Shown here: positions 18,482 to 27,026 of the stretch, piece by piece
Numbering within the stretch: the stretch's first letter is position 1
Layout of the letters: the number at the start of each line of letters is the position of its first letter
DNA from: Candidatus Shapirobacteria bacterium
GTDB lineage: Bacteria; Patescibacteriota; Microgenomatia; UBA12405
Direction: 5' to 3'
Assembly: GCA_030698565.1 (NCBI GenBank)
Contig: JAUYJS010000005.1
Span: forward strand, 154,497 to 218,496
Length of the DNA stretch: 64,000 nucleotides
Position numbers and translations under genes: made by a program
The notes under the pieces: model-generated
What the model was told of the DNA's origin: nothing
Seen by the model: only the letters and a program-made list of their open reading frames with translations
Databases searched by the model: none

Positions 18482-20290
18482 TTATTGTTGTGCGTAACTC
18501 CCCTGGCTGGGATTAAGCAATTTAACAAAATCACTAGCTTTCATAATTACCGAATTTGTTTTTGAACCAGCATTAAAGGCGATTTCTTTATTTTGCAACA
18601 AGTTCGTATCAACATAAACTGAAGTATTAAATAAATTACCAAAGGGTGGGACTCCCCCAATTTCAGTTCCGGTAATTTTCTTTACTTCTTCGGGATTAGC
18701 CATGCGCAAATCTTTGAAACCAAATTGTTTTTTGAATTCATTATTGTTTAGTTTATCGGAGGCAGATAGAACCGCCAGAATTGGGTTGTTGTCAGCAAAC
18801 ATCACTAAGGCTTTGGCTCCTTGATTAATATTGGTTCCACGAACTTTAGCGGCCTCTTCAGATGTGCTTGTGGCAATATGAGTTAGCTCCTTAAAATTAA
18901 CTTGTTTTTCTTTTAGGTAATTAATTAATTTTTCATGAAGATCAATATTATTATTAATATTTTTTCTACCAGTTAATGACAGACGACTATCTATACGCTC
19001 CATATCTCGAGGAAAAAGACTGGCTTGACGAACATTGTCGAGCTTTAAGATATTTTGAGTAATACGTTCTAAACCAATAGCAAAACCACCTTCTGGGGGC
19101 ATGCCATATTTAAAGGCTTGGCCGTAAGGTGTTTCAAAATCTTTTGGATCTTGACCACGTGATTTTATTTTGGCTTGTAATTCATTGTAATCATGAATTC
19201 TTTGGCCACCACTAATCCATTCAACCCCCCGACCGATTAAATCAAAAGTCAATGTTTCTTCTGGATTTTCTGGGTTAGAGTAAGAATACCAGGCGCGCTT
19301 TTTGGTGTAAAAATGGGTAATAAATACAAGATCACTGCCAAACTCTTCTAGAGACCAACGACAAATTTCTCTTTCGCCTTCAGGGTCCATGTCGAGTTCG
19401 TTTCGAACGTCACGGCCAGAACGCTTGTAAATTAATTCAAGAGCGTCTTTGAGTTTAATAATAGGAGTAGTCTCGACTGTTTTGGGAATAGTAACACCGT
19501 ACTCATCTAGAATATTTTGATGTTTTTCGGAAATAGCTTTAAACACGACCTTGACTACGCTGTCAGCCATTTTCATTAGCTCGGTCCAATTGTCTATAAA
19601 ACCCATTTCCATGTCTAAACTAACGTACTCCGTTAAATGTCGAGTTGTTACTGATGGTTCGGCTCTGTATGCATGAGCGACAGTAAATACACGTTCAAAA
19701 ATTGATGTTAAAACTTGCTTATATAGTTGAGGACTTTGGGCTAAGTAAGCCTTGTAGTCAAAATAATCGACAGAAAATACCTCGGAACCACCTTCGGTTG
19801 ACCCAGCAACTAAAGTTGGAACAAATATCTCAATAAAATCATTTTTGGTTAAATAATTTCTAAAAGCTTCTACAATTGTGGCTTGAATTTTAAAAACGTC
19901 TTGAACTTTTTGGTTGCGTAACGAAGCCGAACGATGATCCAATAAAACCGGGAGTGTTACATTTAAGTCTGGCTGATGAATATCAAAAGGTAAATCGTGA
20001 GATTCAGATAAAATTTTTAGATCTTCAACTTCAATTTCAATTTTTCCAGAAATAATTTTATCGTTAAAATACTTAGAGTCGCGATCACGAACCGTGCCAG
20101 TTATTTCCACAACAAATTCTTCCTTAAGAGAGCCAATATTTTTATCACCGACTACCTGGACAATTCCTGAGCGGTCGCGAATGTCAGCAAAAACTAATTT
20201 GCCGTAACTTCGGACGCTATTTACCCATCCTTTAATAGTAATTTCTTTGCCAACACATGCTGGCGTTTCTCTTATAAGTGTTCTTTGCAT
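18482..20290 (-). CDS. aspS: class IIb aspartyl(/asparaginyl)-tRNA synthetase with C-terminal YbaK/ProX-type deacylase domain
   Basis: N-terminal OB anticodon-binding domain (VGKEITIKGWVNSVRSYGKLVFADIRDRSG) and class II core (motif-3-like GGFAIGLERI). An extra ~150-aa C-terminus has EEAAKVRG…KALVM…LAVLSASDKL…EIGGVPPFG…AFNAGS, which matches the YbaK deacylase pattern. Confidence 0.7.
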   Translation of the reverse strand: MQRTLIRETPACVGKEITIKGWVNSVRSYGKLVFADIRDRSGIVQVVGDKNIGSLKEEFVVEITGTVRDRDSKYFNDKIISGKIEIEVEDLKILSESHDLPFDIHQPDLNVTLPVLLDHRSASLRNQKVQDVFKIQATIVEAFRNYLTKNDFIEIFVPTLVAGSTEGGSEVFSVDYFDYKAYLAQSPQLYKQVLTSIFERVFTVAHAYRAEPSVTTRHLTEYVSLDMEMGFIDNWTELMKMADSVVKVVFKAISEKHQNILDEYGVTIPKTVETTPIIKLKDALELIYKRSGRDVRNELDMDPEGEREICRWSLEEFGSDLVFITHFYTKKRAWYSYSNPENPEETLTFDLIGRGVEWISGGQRIHDYNELQAKIKSRGQDPKDFETPYGQAFKYGMPPEGGFAIGLERITQNILKLDNVRQASLFPRDMERIDSRLSLTGRKNINNNIDLHEKLINYLKEKQVNFKELTHIATSTSEEAAKVRGTNINQGAKALVMFADNNPILAVLSASDKLNNNEFKKQFGFKDLRMANPEEVKKITGTEIGGVPPFGNLFNTSVYVDTNLLQNKEIAFNAGSKTNSVIMKASDFVKLLNPSQGSYAQQ

Positions 20291-20311
20291 ATGTTTATTT
20301 TATATATAAAT

Positions 20312-20510
20312 AACAAAAAAATCCCGACACGGTGCCAGGATACGAAAAATAAATCTATTTTTCGTGCTCCGTTTTCCTCCCAGCCATAGCCGGATTTGTG
20401 ACACACGTTGGCGCAATTACGGGCGCTTCCCGAAGGGTTCTAATCATCGACTGTCGTCAACTTTCTTCCCTTAGCATCGGCAGTGTTGACTGCGTCATCG
20501 CTTTTGAATT
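20312..20510 (-). promoter_or_regulatory. candidate T-box riboswitch leader (Asp specifier) upstream of aspS
   Basis: ~190-nt GC-rich structured leader in an AT-rich genome. The Stem-I-like helix GUCAAC…GUUGAC has a 3'-side internal loop GACAG (GAC = Asp codon followed by a purine). The T-box-like AUCCUGGCACCGUG (UGGNACC core, N=C, complementary to discriminator G) sits in the 5' arm of the terminator. Confidence 0.4.
20314..20341 (-). terminator. intrinsic terminator/attenuator hairpin + U7 immediately upstream of aspS start
   Basis: Minus strand AUCCUGGCA-CCG-UGUCGGGAU (9 bp including 2 GU pairs) followed by UUUUUUU, about 25 nt before the aspS ATG. Confidence 0.5.
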
Positions 20511-20523
20511 ACTTTATTTTACT

Positions 20524-22182
20524 TCAGTTTGATAAATTGTCAAACAGAATTTCTTTGATTATCAACTGTGGGGTTTTGACACCATTCCAGACATTAATGT
20601 CTAATCTGGCGACAATATTGACTTGGGAGCCAATTTTTATTTGGGAATCAAGGTCTCCTTTTTTAAAGGCGATGGCCTCTGTTGGTTGAGTGCGACCATA
20701 AGAGTCGCCTAATTTTAATTTTAAATGATCACTATTGGCACCAATTAAACGTTTTTGAATTACAGACAAATTTTTAAAGATAAATATAGGCTCTTGGTTA
20801 TCGAAACCAAATGGTTCTAACTTTTTAATTACTTTATAGTTTTTGGTGTTTACGGCTGATAACTTCATTTCGGCGTCAACGTTTAAAATAGGTTGAAGCT
20901 TTAATGTTTTTAATTTTTCGTTAATTATCTGAGTAATGGTCTTTTTGAATTTACTGATTTTTTTGGTTTCAATGGAAAAACCGGCAGCTTCTGAATGACC
21001 GCCGACATCGACAAGTAAATTTGAACATTGCCGAAGAGCATCGATAATATTTAATTCTTTAATCGACCGACAAGATCCTTTGGATATTTCTGGAGTAACA
21101 CCAATAACAATCGACGGTAAATAATATTTTTCGGTTAAACGACCGGCGATTAAACCAATAATTCCTGGCTGAAAAGATTCGTCTTTTACAAAAATTAGCT
21201 TATCTTTATTGTCTAGAACTAGCTTTTGAGCAGTATCGATACCGTTTTGTTGGAGCAGTTGTCGATTTTGGTTGTGTTCATTAGAAATTTGAGCGTATTT
21301 CGAAGCTTGGATAGCATTGCTGCTGCACAATAACCTGAGGGCGTCAGTAGGATTTGACATACGACCAACAGCATTGATCCTAGGACCTAAAACAAACCCT
21401 AAATCAAAAGCAGACAAGAGGTCTTGTTTTAGACTATTTATTTCCATTAATTTTTTGAGACCGGGGTTGGGATTTAACCTGAGATTTAAAAGTCCATGGA
21501 CAACCAAGTTTCGATTAATGTCAACTAAAGGCATACAGTCAGTAACTGTGCCTAGCGCAGCTAAACCGATATCGGCATTGTCATCAAATTTCGAAGCTAG
21601 AAGCCAGGAAATAGCCGAGCCGGATATTTTAGTGGAGTGGACAATGGCAATTGCATTTGGAGGTTCTGTCAAAGGTAAGTGGTGGTCGGTAATAATCACA
21701 TCTATATTTTTTCTATTTAATTTGTCAATTTCTGAGTGGGCAACAATGCCGTTATCAACCGTAATAATTAAATTAAAATCCGTTTTCTTTTCGCTTTGAA
21801 AATTATAGACAGATTTAGCTTTGATGCCATATCCATCTTTTTCCCTGTCTGGAACAAAAGGCAATACTTTTGCACCAATTTTGGTGAGTGATTGCCAAAG
21901 AATCGCCGTGGCAGTAATACCATCAGCATCATAATCACCATAAATTAGGATATTTTCATTCTTGAGAACCGCATCTTTGATTCTTTTTACTGCTTTATCT
22001 AGATTGGATGTTGAGACAGAAAAATCCTGATTTTTCAACTCTTTTGGATGAACTGGATTTAAAAAAATATCCACATCTTTGTTTTTTATTTGCCGATTAT
22101 TCAAAAGTAATTCTAAGAATTCTATTGGGTTTGTTTGATTATCAACAATAGTAGCTGATTTAATTTTTATTTTGGGAACCAT
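20524..22182 (-). CDS. recJ: single-stranded-DNA-specific exonuclease RecJ
   Basis: DHH motifs: ILIYGDYDADGITA, VIITDHH, and a DHHA1-like C-terminal region. Confidence 0.85.
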   Translation of the reverse strand: MVPKIKIKSATIVDNQTNPIEFLELLLNNRQIKNKDVDIFLNPVHPKELKNQDFSVSTSNLDKAVKRIKDAVLKNENILIYGDYDADGITATAILWQSLTKIGAKVLPFVPDREKDGYGIKAKSVYNFQSEKKTDFNLIITVDNGIVAHSEIDKLNRKNIDVIITDHHLPLTEPPNAIAIVHSTKISGSAISWLLASKFDDNADIGLAALGTVTDCMPLVDINRNLVVHGLLNLRLNPNPGLKKLMEINSLKQDLLSAFDLGFVLGPRINAVGRMSNPTDALRLLCSSNAIQASKYAQISNEHNQNRQLLQQNGIDTAQKLVLDNKDKLIFVKDESFQPGIIGLIAGRLTEKYYLPSIVIGVTPEISKGSCRSIKELNIIDALRQCSNLLVDVGGHSEAAGFSIETKKISKFKKTITQIINEKLKTLKLQPILNVDAEMKLSAVNTKNYKVIKKLEPFGFDNQEPIFIFKNLSVIQKRLIGANSDHLKLKLGDSYGRTQPTEAIAFKKGDLDSQIKIGSQVNIVARLDINVWNGVKTPQLIIKEILFDNLSN

Positions 22183-22326
22183 AACTTGTTATATTTTACA
22201 TAAAATTGGTTTTTTAGGTGCGATTTTGTTATAATTGCCAGTGGTTGGGGTAAGTAACGCCAACTAGCCCGGCTAGGATAATATCCTATTAATTTAGTTA
22301 GGTAAAAGGAGTCTTAAAAGACAAAT

Positions 22327-22596
22327 ATGGCAAAAAAATTATTCATAGGTAATCTGGATTTCACGGTGACAGATGAGCAGTTAACGAGTTTATTTTCCGT
22401 TTACGGCCAAGTCGTATCGGTAAATATTGTTCAAGATAAATTCACTCACAGAAGCAAAGGATTTGCTTTTGTAGAATTTGCCAATGAAGAGGATGCCGTC
22501 AAAGCTATGTCCGAATTAGACGGAACTGAACAATCGGGAAGGAACATTAATGTCAAAGAGGCATTGCCTCGTCCTGAAAGACCTGATCAAGGGTAA
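22327..22596 (+). CDS. RRM-type RNA-binding protein
   Basis: RNP-2 LFIGNL and RNP-1 KGFAFVEF; 89 aa. Confidence 0.8.
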   Translation: MAKKLFIGNLDFTVTDEQLTSLFSVYGQVVSVNIVQDKFTHRSKGFAFVEFANEEDAVKAMSELDGTEQSGRNINVKEALPRPERPDQG

Positions 22597-22616
22597 TTAA
22601 TACTTGAATTTGGTAC

Positions 22617-22645
22617 AAACCTCCCGGTAATCCGGGAGGTTTTTG
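22617..22645 (+). terminator. rho-independent terminator after the RRM-protein gene
   Basis: aaaCCUCCCGG-uaau-CCGGGAGGUUUUU. Confidence 0.6.
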
Positions 22646-22660
22646 GTTTACAATACTTTT

Positions 22661-24004
22661 ATGAACAAAAATATTTCGATCCCCAAAGAGGTGATCAATA
22701 TAATTAATAAATTCCAAAAGAATGGAACGGAGATTTATATCGTCGGAGGAGCTAGTCGAGATCTTATCATGGACAGAAAAGTAAATGATTGGGATTTTAC
22801 CACCAATATAACTCCTGAAGAAGTTAAAAAAATATTTCCAAATACTTTTTATAATAATAATTTTGGCACGACTAGTATCGTAAATAAGGATAAAGAGATT
22901 TTTGAAGTAACTACTTTTAGAACTGAAAGGGGTTATTCTGATAGCCGGCACCCAGATGAAATTAAATGGGGTAAAACTTTGGAAGAAGATTTACAAAGAA
23001 GAGATTTTACTATTAATGCCATTGCTATAAAAATAAATTCAAATAATCAAGATGTTGAAATAATTGATTTGTTTGGTGGCCAAAAGGATATAGAACAAAA
23101 AAAAATTAGAACTGTCGGTAATCCAGATGAGAGGTTTTCGGAAGATGCTTTAAGACTGATGCGGGCAGTTAGAATCGCGACTCAAATTGGATTTAATTTA
23201 GAAAAAGAGACACTGGAATCAATTAAAAGAAACTCTTCTTTAATTAATAAAGTGGCTGGTGAAAGAATTAGAGATGAATTGTTTAAGATTCTTTTGGCAG
23301 AAAAACCTAGTCGAGGTATTGAGTTATTGCGAGATTCGGAACTTTTGAAAGAAATAATACCAGAACTTTTGTTGGGGATAGATTTTGCCCAAAAGGGCCA
23401 CCATATAGATGATGTTTGGACACATAATCTGAAAACATTAGATAATTGTTTAAGTTCAAATCCAATTACCCGGTTGGCTTGTTTACTGCACGATGTGGCT
23501 AAACCCATTGTGGCAATGGGAAGCGGTGAAGCCAGAACATTTCATAATCATGAAATTGTTGGGTCAAGAATTGCTACAAGGTTTGGCAAAAGATTGAGAT
23601 TATCTAACAAAGAACTGGATTTACTTTTTATATTAGTTCGCCGACATATGTTTACCTCAGAAGAAGGTCAAACAGACAAGGCAGTTAGAAGATTTATAAA
23701 AAATGTTACGCCTGAATACATAGATGAAATGCTTAGTTTAAGACGAGCAGACAGGGTTGGCAGTGGAGCCAGGGAAACTAGCTGGAGATTGGAACTATTT
23801 AAAAATAGAGTCGTTGAAGTGCAAAAGCAACCATTTTCGATCAAAGATTTGAAAGTTGATGGTAAAGATGTCATGGAAATACTGGATATTAAACCTAGTC
23901 GAAAAGTAGGCGAAGTTTTAGAAAATATTTTCAAAGAAGTTGAAGATAATCCAGAACTAAATCAGAGAGAAATTCTGCTAGAAAAAATAAAAGGATTTAA
24001 GTAA
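22661..24004 (+). CDS. cca: CCA-adding tRNA nucleotidyltransferase with HD domain
   Basis: IYIVGGASRDLIMDRKVNDWDFTT (Pol-β head) and LLHDVAKP (HD). ATG at 22661 preferred over the TTG at 22643, which overlaps the terminator. Confidence 0.8.
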   Translation: MNKNISIPKEVINIINKFQKNGTEIYIVGGASRDLIMDRKVNDWDFTTNITPEEVKKIFPNTFYNNNFGTTSIVNKDKEIFEVTTFRTERGYSDSRHPDEIKWGKTLEEDLQRRDFTINAIAIKINSNNQDVEIIDLFGGQKDIEQKKIRTVGNPDERFSEDALRLMRAVRIATQIGFNLEKETLESIKRNSSLINKVAGERIRDELFKILLAEKPSRGIELLRDSELLKEIIPELLLGIDFAQKGHHIDDVWTHNLKTLDNCLSSNPITRLACLLHDVAKPIVAMGSGEARTFHNHEIVGSRIATRFGKRLRLSNKELDLLFILVRRHMFTSEEGQTDKAVRRFIKNVTPEYIDEMLSLRRADRVGSGARETSWRLELFKNRVVEVQKQPFSIKDLKVDGKDVMEILDIKPSRKVGEVLENIFKEVEDNPELNQREILLEKIKGFK

Positions 24005-24010
24005 ATTTAT

Positions 24011-24880
24011 TTACTGAGTTTTTGAAGTTTGTTTTTTAAAAAACAGGACTAAGGGAATAGCAACACCAGTAGAAGAATATGTACCACAAACGACACCGAT
24101 CAAAAGGGCGGCGGCAAACCACCGAGTAGCTTCACCACCCAATAGAACTAAGGCGAACAACATGAAAATAACGGTCATAGAATTATTAACAGAACGGTTT
24201 ATGGTTTCAGTGACTGCTGTGTTGGCCATATCCACCCAATTAAATTTACTATTTTGGCGTTTGAGTTCACGAATACGATCAAAAATAACCACTGTGTCGT
24301 GGACCGAAGCTGAAAGTGTAGTCAATAGGGCAGTAACAAAAAGTGAATCCAACTCAGCTCCAAAAAAATGACCTAGCAAGGAAAAACTACCAATTAAAAT
24401 AAAGGTATCATGAAACATAGCGATAACTGCCGATGCACCAAAGGTAAAATCATTAAAACGACTACCAATAAATATAGCTAAAACAAGTGATGACAAAACA
24501 ATTGCATATATTGTTTTTTTGAGTAATTCTTTGCCGAGACTTGGACCTAGAGTCTCAAATTTAAGTTCCTTGAAATCAATATCAATGGCCTTAAACGAAG
24601 TATCCAACTTGTTTTTCTGGTCAGTATTTATATTCTCGAATTTCAAACTAAATACTTGACTATCACCTTTGGTAATAGAAGCAAGTGAAACATTGGCGTC
24701 CTTGAATATGTTTTCTATTTTGGAATTTTCAGAAACATCAGGAAGGATAATTTGCCAAGCAGATCCGCCAGAAAAGTCGATTGATTTTTTAAAATTCCAT
24801 CTGAAGATAGAGTAAACAGAAACTAAGATTAAAGTTAGAGATATTATAAAAAATAGTGGACGAAATTTCATTATATTCAT
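24011..24880 (-). CDS. secF: protein translocase subunit SecF
   Basis: 289 aa with six TM helices and a SecF-like periplasmic loop; follows secD by 3 nt. Confidence 0.8.
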   Translation of the reverse strand: MNIMKFRPLFFIISLTLILVSVYSIFRWNFKKSIDFSGGSAWQIILPDVSENSKIENIFKDANVSLASITKGDSQVFSLKFENINTDQKNKLDTSFKAIDIDFKELKFETLGPSLGKELLKKTIYAIVLSSLVLAIFIGSRFNDFTFGASAVIAMFHDTFILIGSFSLLGHFFGAELDSLFVTALLTTLSASVHDTVVIFDRIRELKRQNSKFNWVDMANTAVTETINRSVNNSMTVIFMLFALVLLGGEATRWFAAALLIGVVCGTYSSTGVAIPLVLFFKKQTSKTQ

Positions 24881-24882
24881 AT

Positions 24883-26244
24883 TTATTTGTCGTGATGGGC
24901 TAAAACCCGTAGTAAATTTCTAGTAACAAAGACTCCAGTAAAAATACTTAATAAAATACCTAAAATTAGGGTAATAGCAAAACCACGAACCATACCTGAT
25001 GTATTTAAAAATGACCAATTTAGGGGATTAAAAAGAATTAAGCCCGTGATAATTGTACAAGCATTAGCATCTTTGATTGAATCCCAAGCCCGACCAAAAC
25101 CTAACTCCATGGCTGTATTCCAGCTCTTCCCTTTTCTAATTTCTTCACGCATACGCTCAAAAATTAGGATATTACTATCAACGGCCATACCAACTGATAA
25201 AATAAAACCGACTATTCCGGGAAATGTGAGAGTGACAGGAATTAAACGATAAAGACTGAGTGCAAGTAAACCATAGATAATTAAACCGATATTGGCAATG
25301 AAACCTAAATAACCATAATTACCTATCATAAAAAGCGAGACTATAATTAGGCCGACTGAGCCGGCAAAAATACCCTGATTGATTGAGTCTTTTCCTAGAG
25401 TCGCTCCGATCCGAGTTTGTTGAATTAATTTAATAGGTAATGGAAGTGCACCAGCATTTAATTGAGCTGTAAGTGTTTTGGCAGTTTTATAATCAAATTC
25501 CCCACTAATTACGGCATTTCCATCGGTAATTGCACTGTTAACTGTGGGAGCACTAATTATAGAATCGTCTAAAAATATGGCGATTCTTTTGTCGAGATAT
25601 TCTTTGGTGGCTTTTTCAAATAATTTAGCTCCTTCAGGATTGAATTCGATTGCGACTTCTGGCTTGCCTGTTTGAGGATTCGTTGTAACCGCAGCTTTGG
25701 TTAAATGTGATCCGTTAATACCGATGTCTTTTGAAAAAAGATCGTAAATAGTAGCAGAAGCTGTTGCTTCTGGAGCGATTGTAGCTTCACCCATAAATCT
25801 AAGCTGAGCGGTTTTACCAATAAATGAAATTGCTTGATCAAAATCTTCAATACCTGGTAATTCTATGGTCAGTCGGTGTCTGTCGACTTCGTTGGAAATC
25901 TGAACATTGGCTTCACTTAAACCAAAAAGGTTGACTCTTCTTTCGATATTGCCTTTTAGAGATTCGATTGCCTGAGGAATGTCTTCTTTTTTTACACTTG
26001 AAGTATCGACATCAAAATTTAAAGAGGCTCCACCGGCTAAATCTAGGCCGTATTTTAAATCTATATTTTTGCTAAAATTGCCTATTTTAAGCTCTGGTCG
26101 ATAAAACGTGTGTTCCCAATTAACCTTACCTAGGTGTATGTTTACAGGTAAAGATGAGGGCATGTTTAAAATTAGAGCAACAAAGGTTATTCCTAAGATA
26201 ATCCAAAATGTTCGAAGAATGCGTTCAGGGATTTTTGAAGCCAT
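24883..26244 (-). CDS. secD: protein translocase subunit SecD
   Basis: 453 aa, SecD-type topology (large first periplasmic loop, C-terminal TM bundle). Confidence 0.8.
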   Translation of the reverse strand: MASKIPERILRTFWIILGITFVALILNMPSSLPVNIHLGKVNWEHTFYRPELKIGNFSKNIDLKYGLDLAGGASLNFDVDTSSVKKEDIPQAIESLKGNIERRVNLFGLSEANVQISNEVDRHRLTIELPGIEDFDQAISFIGKTAQLRFMGEATIAPEATASATIYDLFSKDIGINGSHLTKAAVTTNPQTGKPEVAIEFNPEGAKLFEKATKEYLDKRIAIFLDDSIISAPTVNSAITDGNAVISGEFDYKTAKTLTAQLNAGALPLPIKLIQQTRIGATLGKDSINQGIFAGSVGLIIVSLFMIGNYGYLGFIANIGLIIYGLLALSLYRLIPVTLTFPGIVGFILSVGMAVDSNILIFERMREEIRKGKSWNTAMELGFGRAWDSIKDANACTIITGLILFNPLNWSFLNTSGMVRGFAITLILGILLSIFTGVFVTRNLLRVLAHHDK

Positions 26245-26246
26245 AT

Positions 26247-26435
26247 TTAATGTTTGTTAATTAAAGATAATTGACGAGGGTGTCCGGTAAAAACATAGGT
26301 AATCGAGGCTTTGGAACTGTTAATTTTAATTTGGGCTAAATCCCCTTCTTTTATACCAAAGTCTTTAATATTTTTAGAAGGGATTGTGATCGCCAAGCTA
26401 TTACCAGTCTTAATTACTTTTCTTGTTTTTGCCAT
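26247..26435 (-). CDS. AbrB/MazE/SpoVT-type swapped-hairpin DNA-binding protein
   Basis: VIKTGNSLAITIPSKNIKDFGIKEGDLAQIKI is the canonical AbrB/MazE looped-hinge-helix pattern; 62 aa, 2 nt upstream of secD. Confidence 0.55.
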   Translation of the reverse strand: MAKTRKVIKTGNSLAITIPSKNIKDFGIKEGDLAQIKINSSKASITYVFTGHPRQLSLINKH

Positions 26436-27026
26436 TTATATATTTATAATTTCTCGCGGATTTCCAATTATAACAAGTGGTGAACTTAGAAAAAAATCAA
26501 CAATGAATTGATCTCTTTTTTGCTTCCGTAATTGAAACTCGCCTTTATCCATAATCATGTAGTTTATTTCGCGACCTCTCTTTTCTTCCTCTAATTTGAT
26601 GGCACTTTCCACTTCTTTAAGCAATACGTTGCCTACAATTACTAAATCAATGGCACCTTCCTTGTTTTCACCAGATACCAACTTGTAATTATAGAAAAGT
26701 AGTTTTATTTTACCCGATAATTCGGTTTTATTCTGTAGGACTAAACCTAAACCGGCGTTTTTATTGGCGAGTGTTAATAAGTCTAAAAATAATGAAGATT
26801 CGCGATTAGCCCAATAATACAGACGATTCCCACGCCACTCTGATTTAACAATGTCAGCCTTCTTGAGATTGTCCAATTCCCGACGGACAGAATTAATTTC
26901 TTCTTCAGTGATTCTAACAAGCTGTCTGACATAGTAGATCTCTTGAGGAAAGTAAAAAAGTGTATTGATTAATTTAACCCTAGTTTGAGAAATAAACAAA
27001 TGCTTAAGACTGTTTTGTATCTTCAT
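26436..27026 (-). CDS. winged-helix DNA-binding protein with possible minimal nucleotidyltransferase-like C-terminal half
   Basis: N-terminal wHTH-like QTRVKLINTLF…YYVRQLVRITEEEINSVRRELDNL; C-terminal GAIDLVIVG resembles an NTase motif (weak). Confidence 0.35.
   Translation of the reverse strand: MKIQNSLKHLFISQTRVKLINTLFYFPQEIYYVRQLVRITEEEINSVRRELDNLKKADIVKSEWRGNRLYYWANRESSLFLDLLTLANKNAGLGLVLQNKTELSGKIKLLFYNYKLVSGENKEGAIDLVIVGNVLLKEVESAIKLEEEKRGREINYMIMDKGEFQLRKQKRDQFIVDFFLSSPLVIIGNPREIINI

Noticed and set aside
22183-22326. Small hairpins (GTTGG…CCAAC, CTAGC-ccg-GCTAG) in the 5' UTR of the RRM-protein gene as a possible riboswitch
   Set aside because: They are short and unconserved-looking, and fit no riboswitch class I can recognise. 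Probably ordinary 5'-UTR structure.
22643-22660. TTG-initiated N-terminal extension of cca (MVYNTF…)
   Set aside because: It overlaps the upstream terminator hairpin, and the ATG at 22661 gives a normal CCA-enzyme N-terminus.
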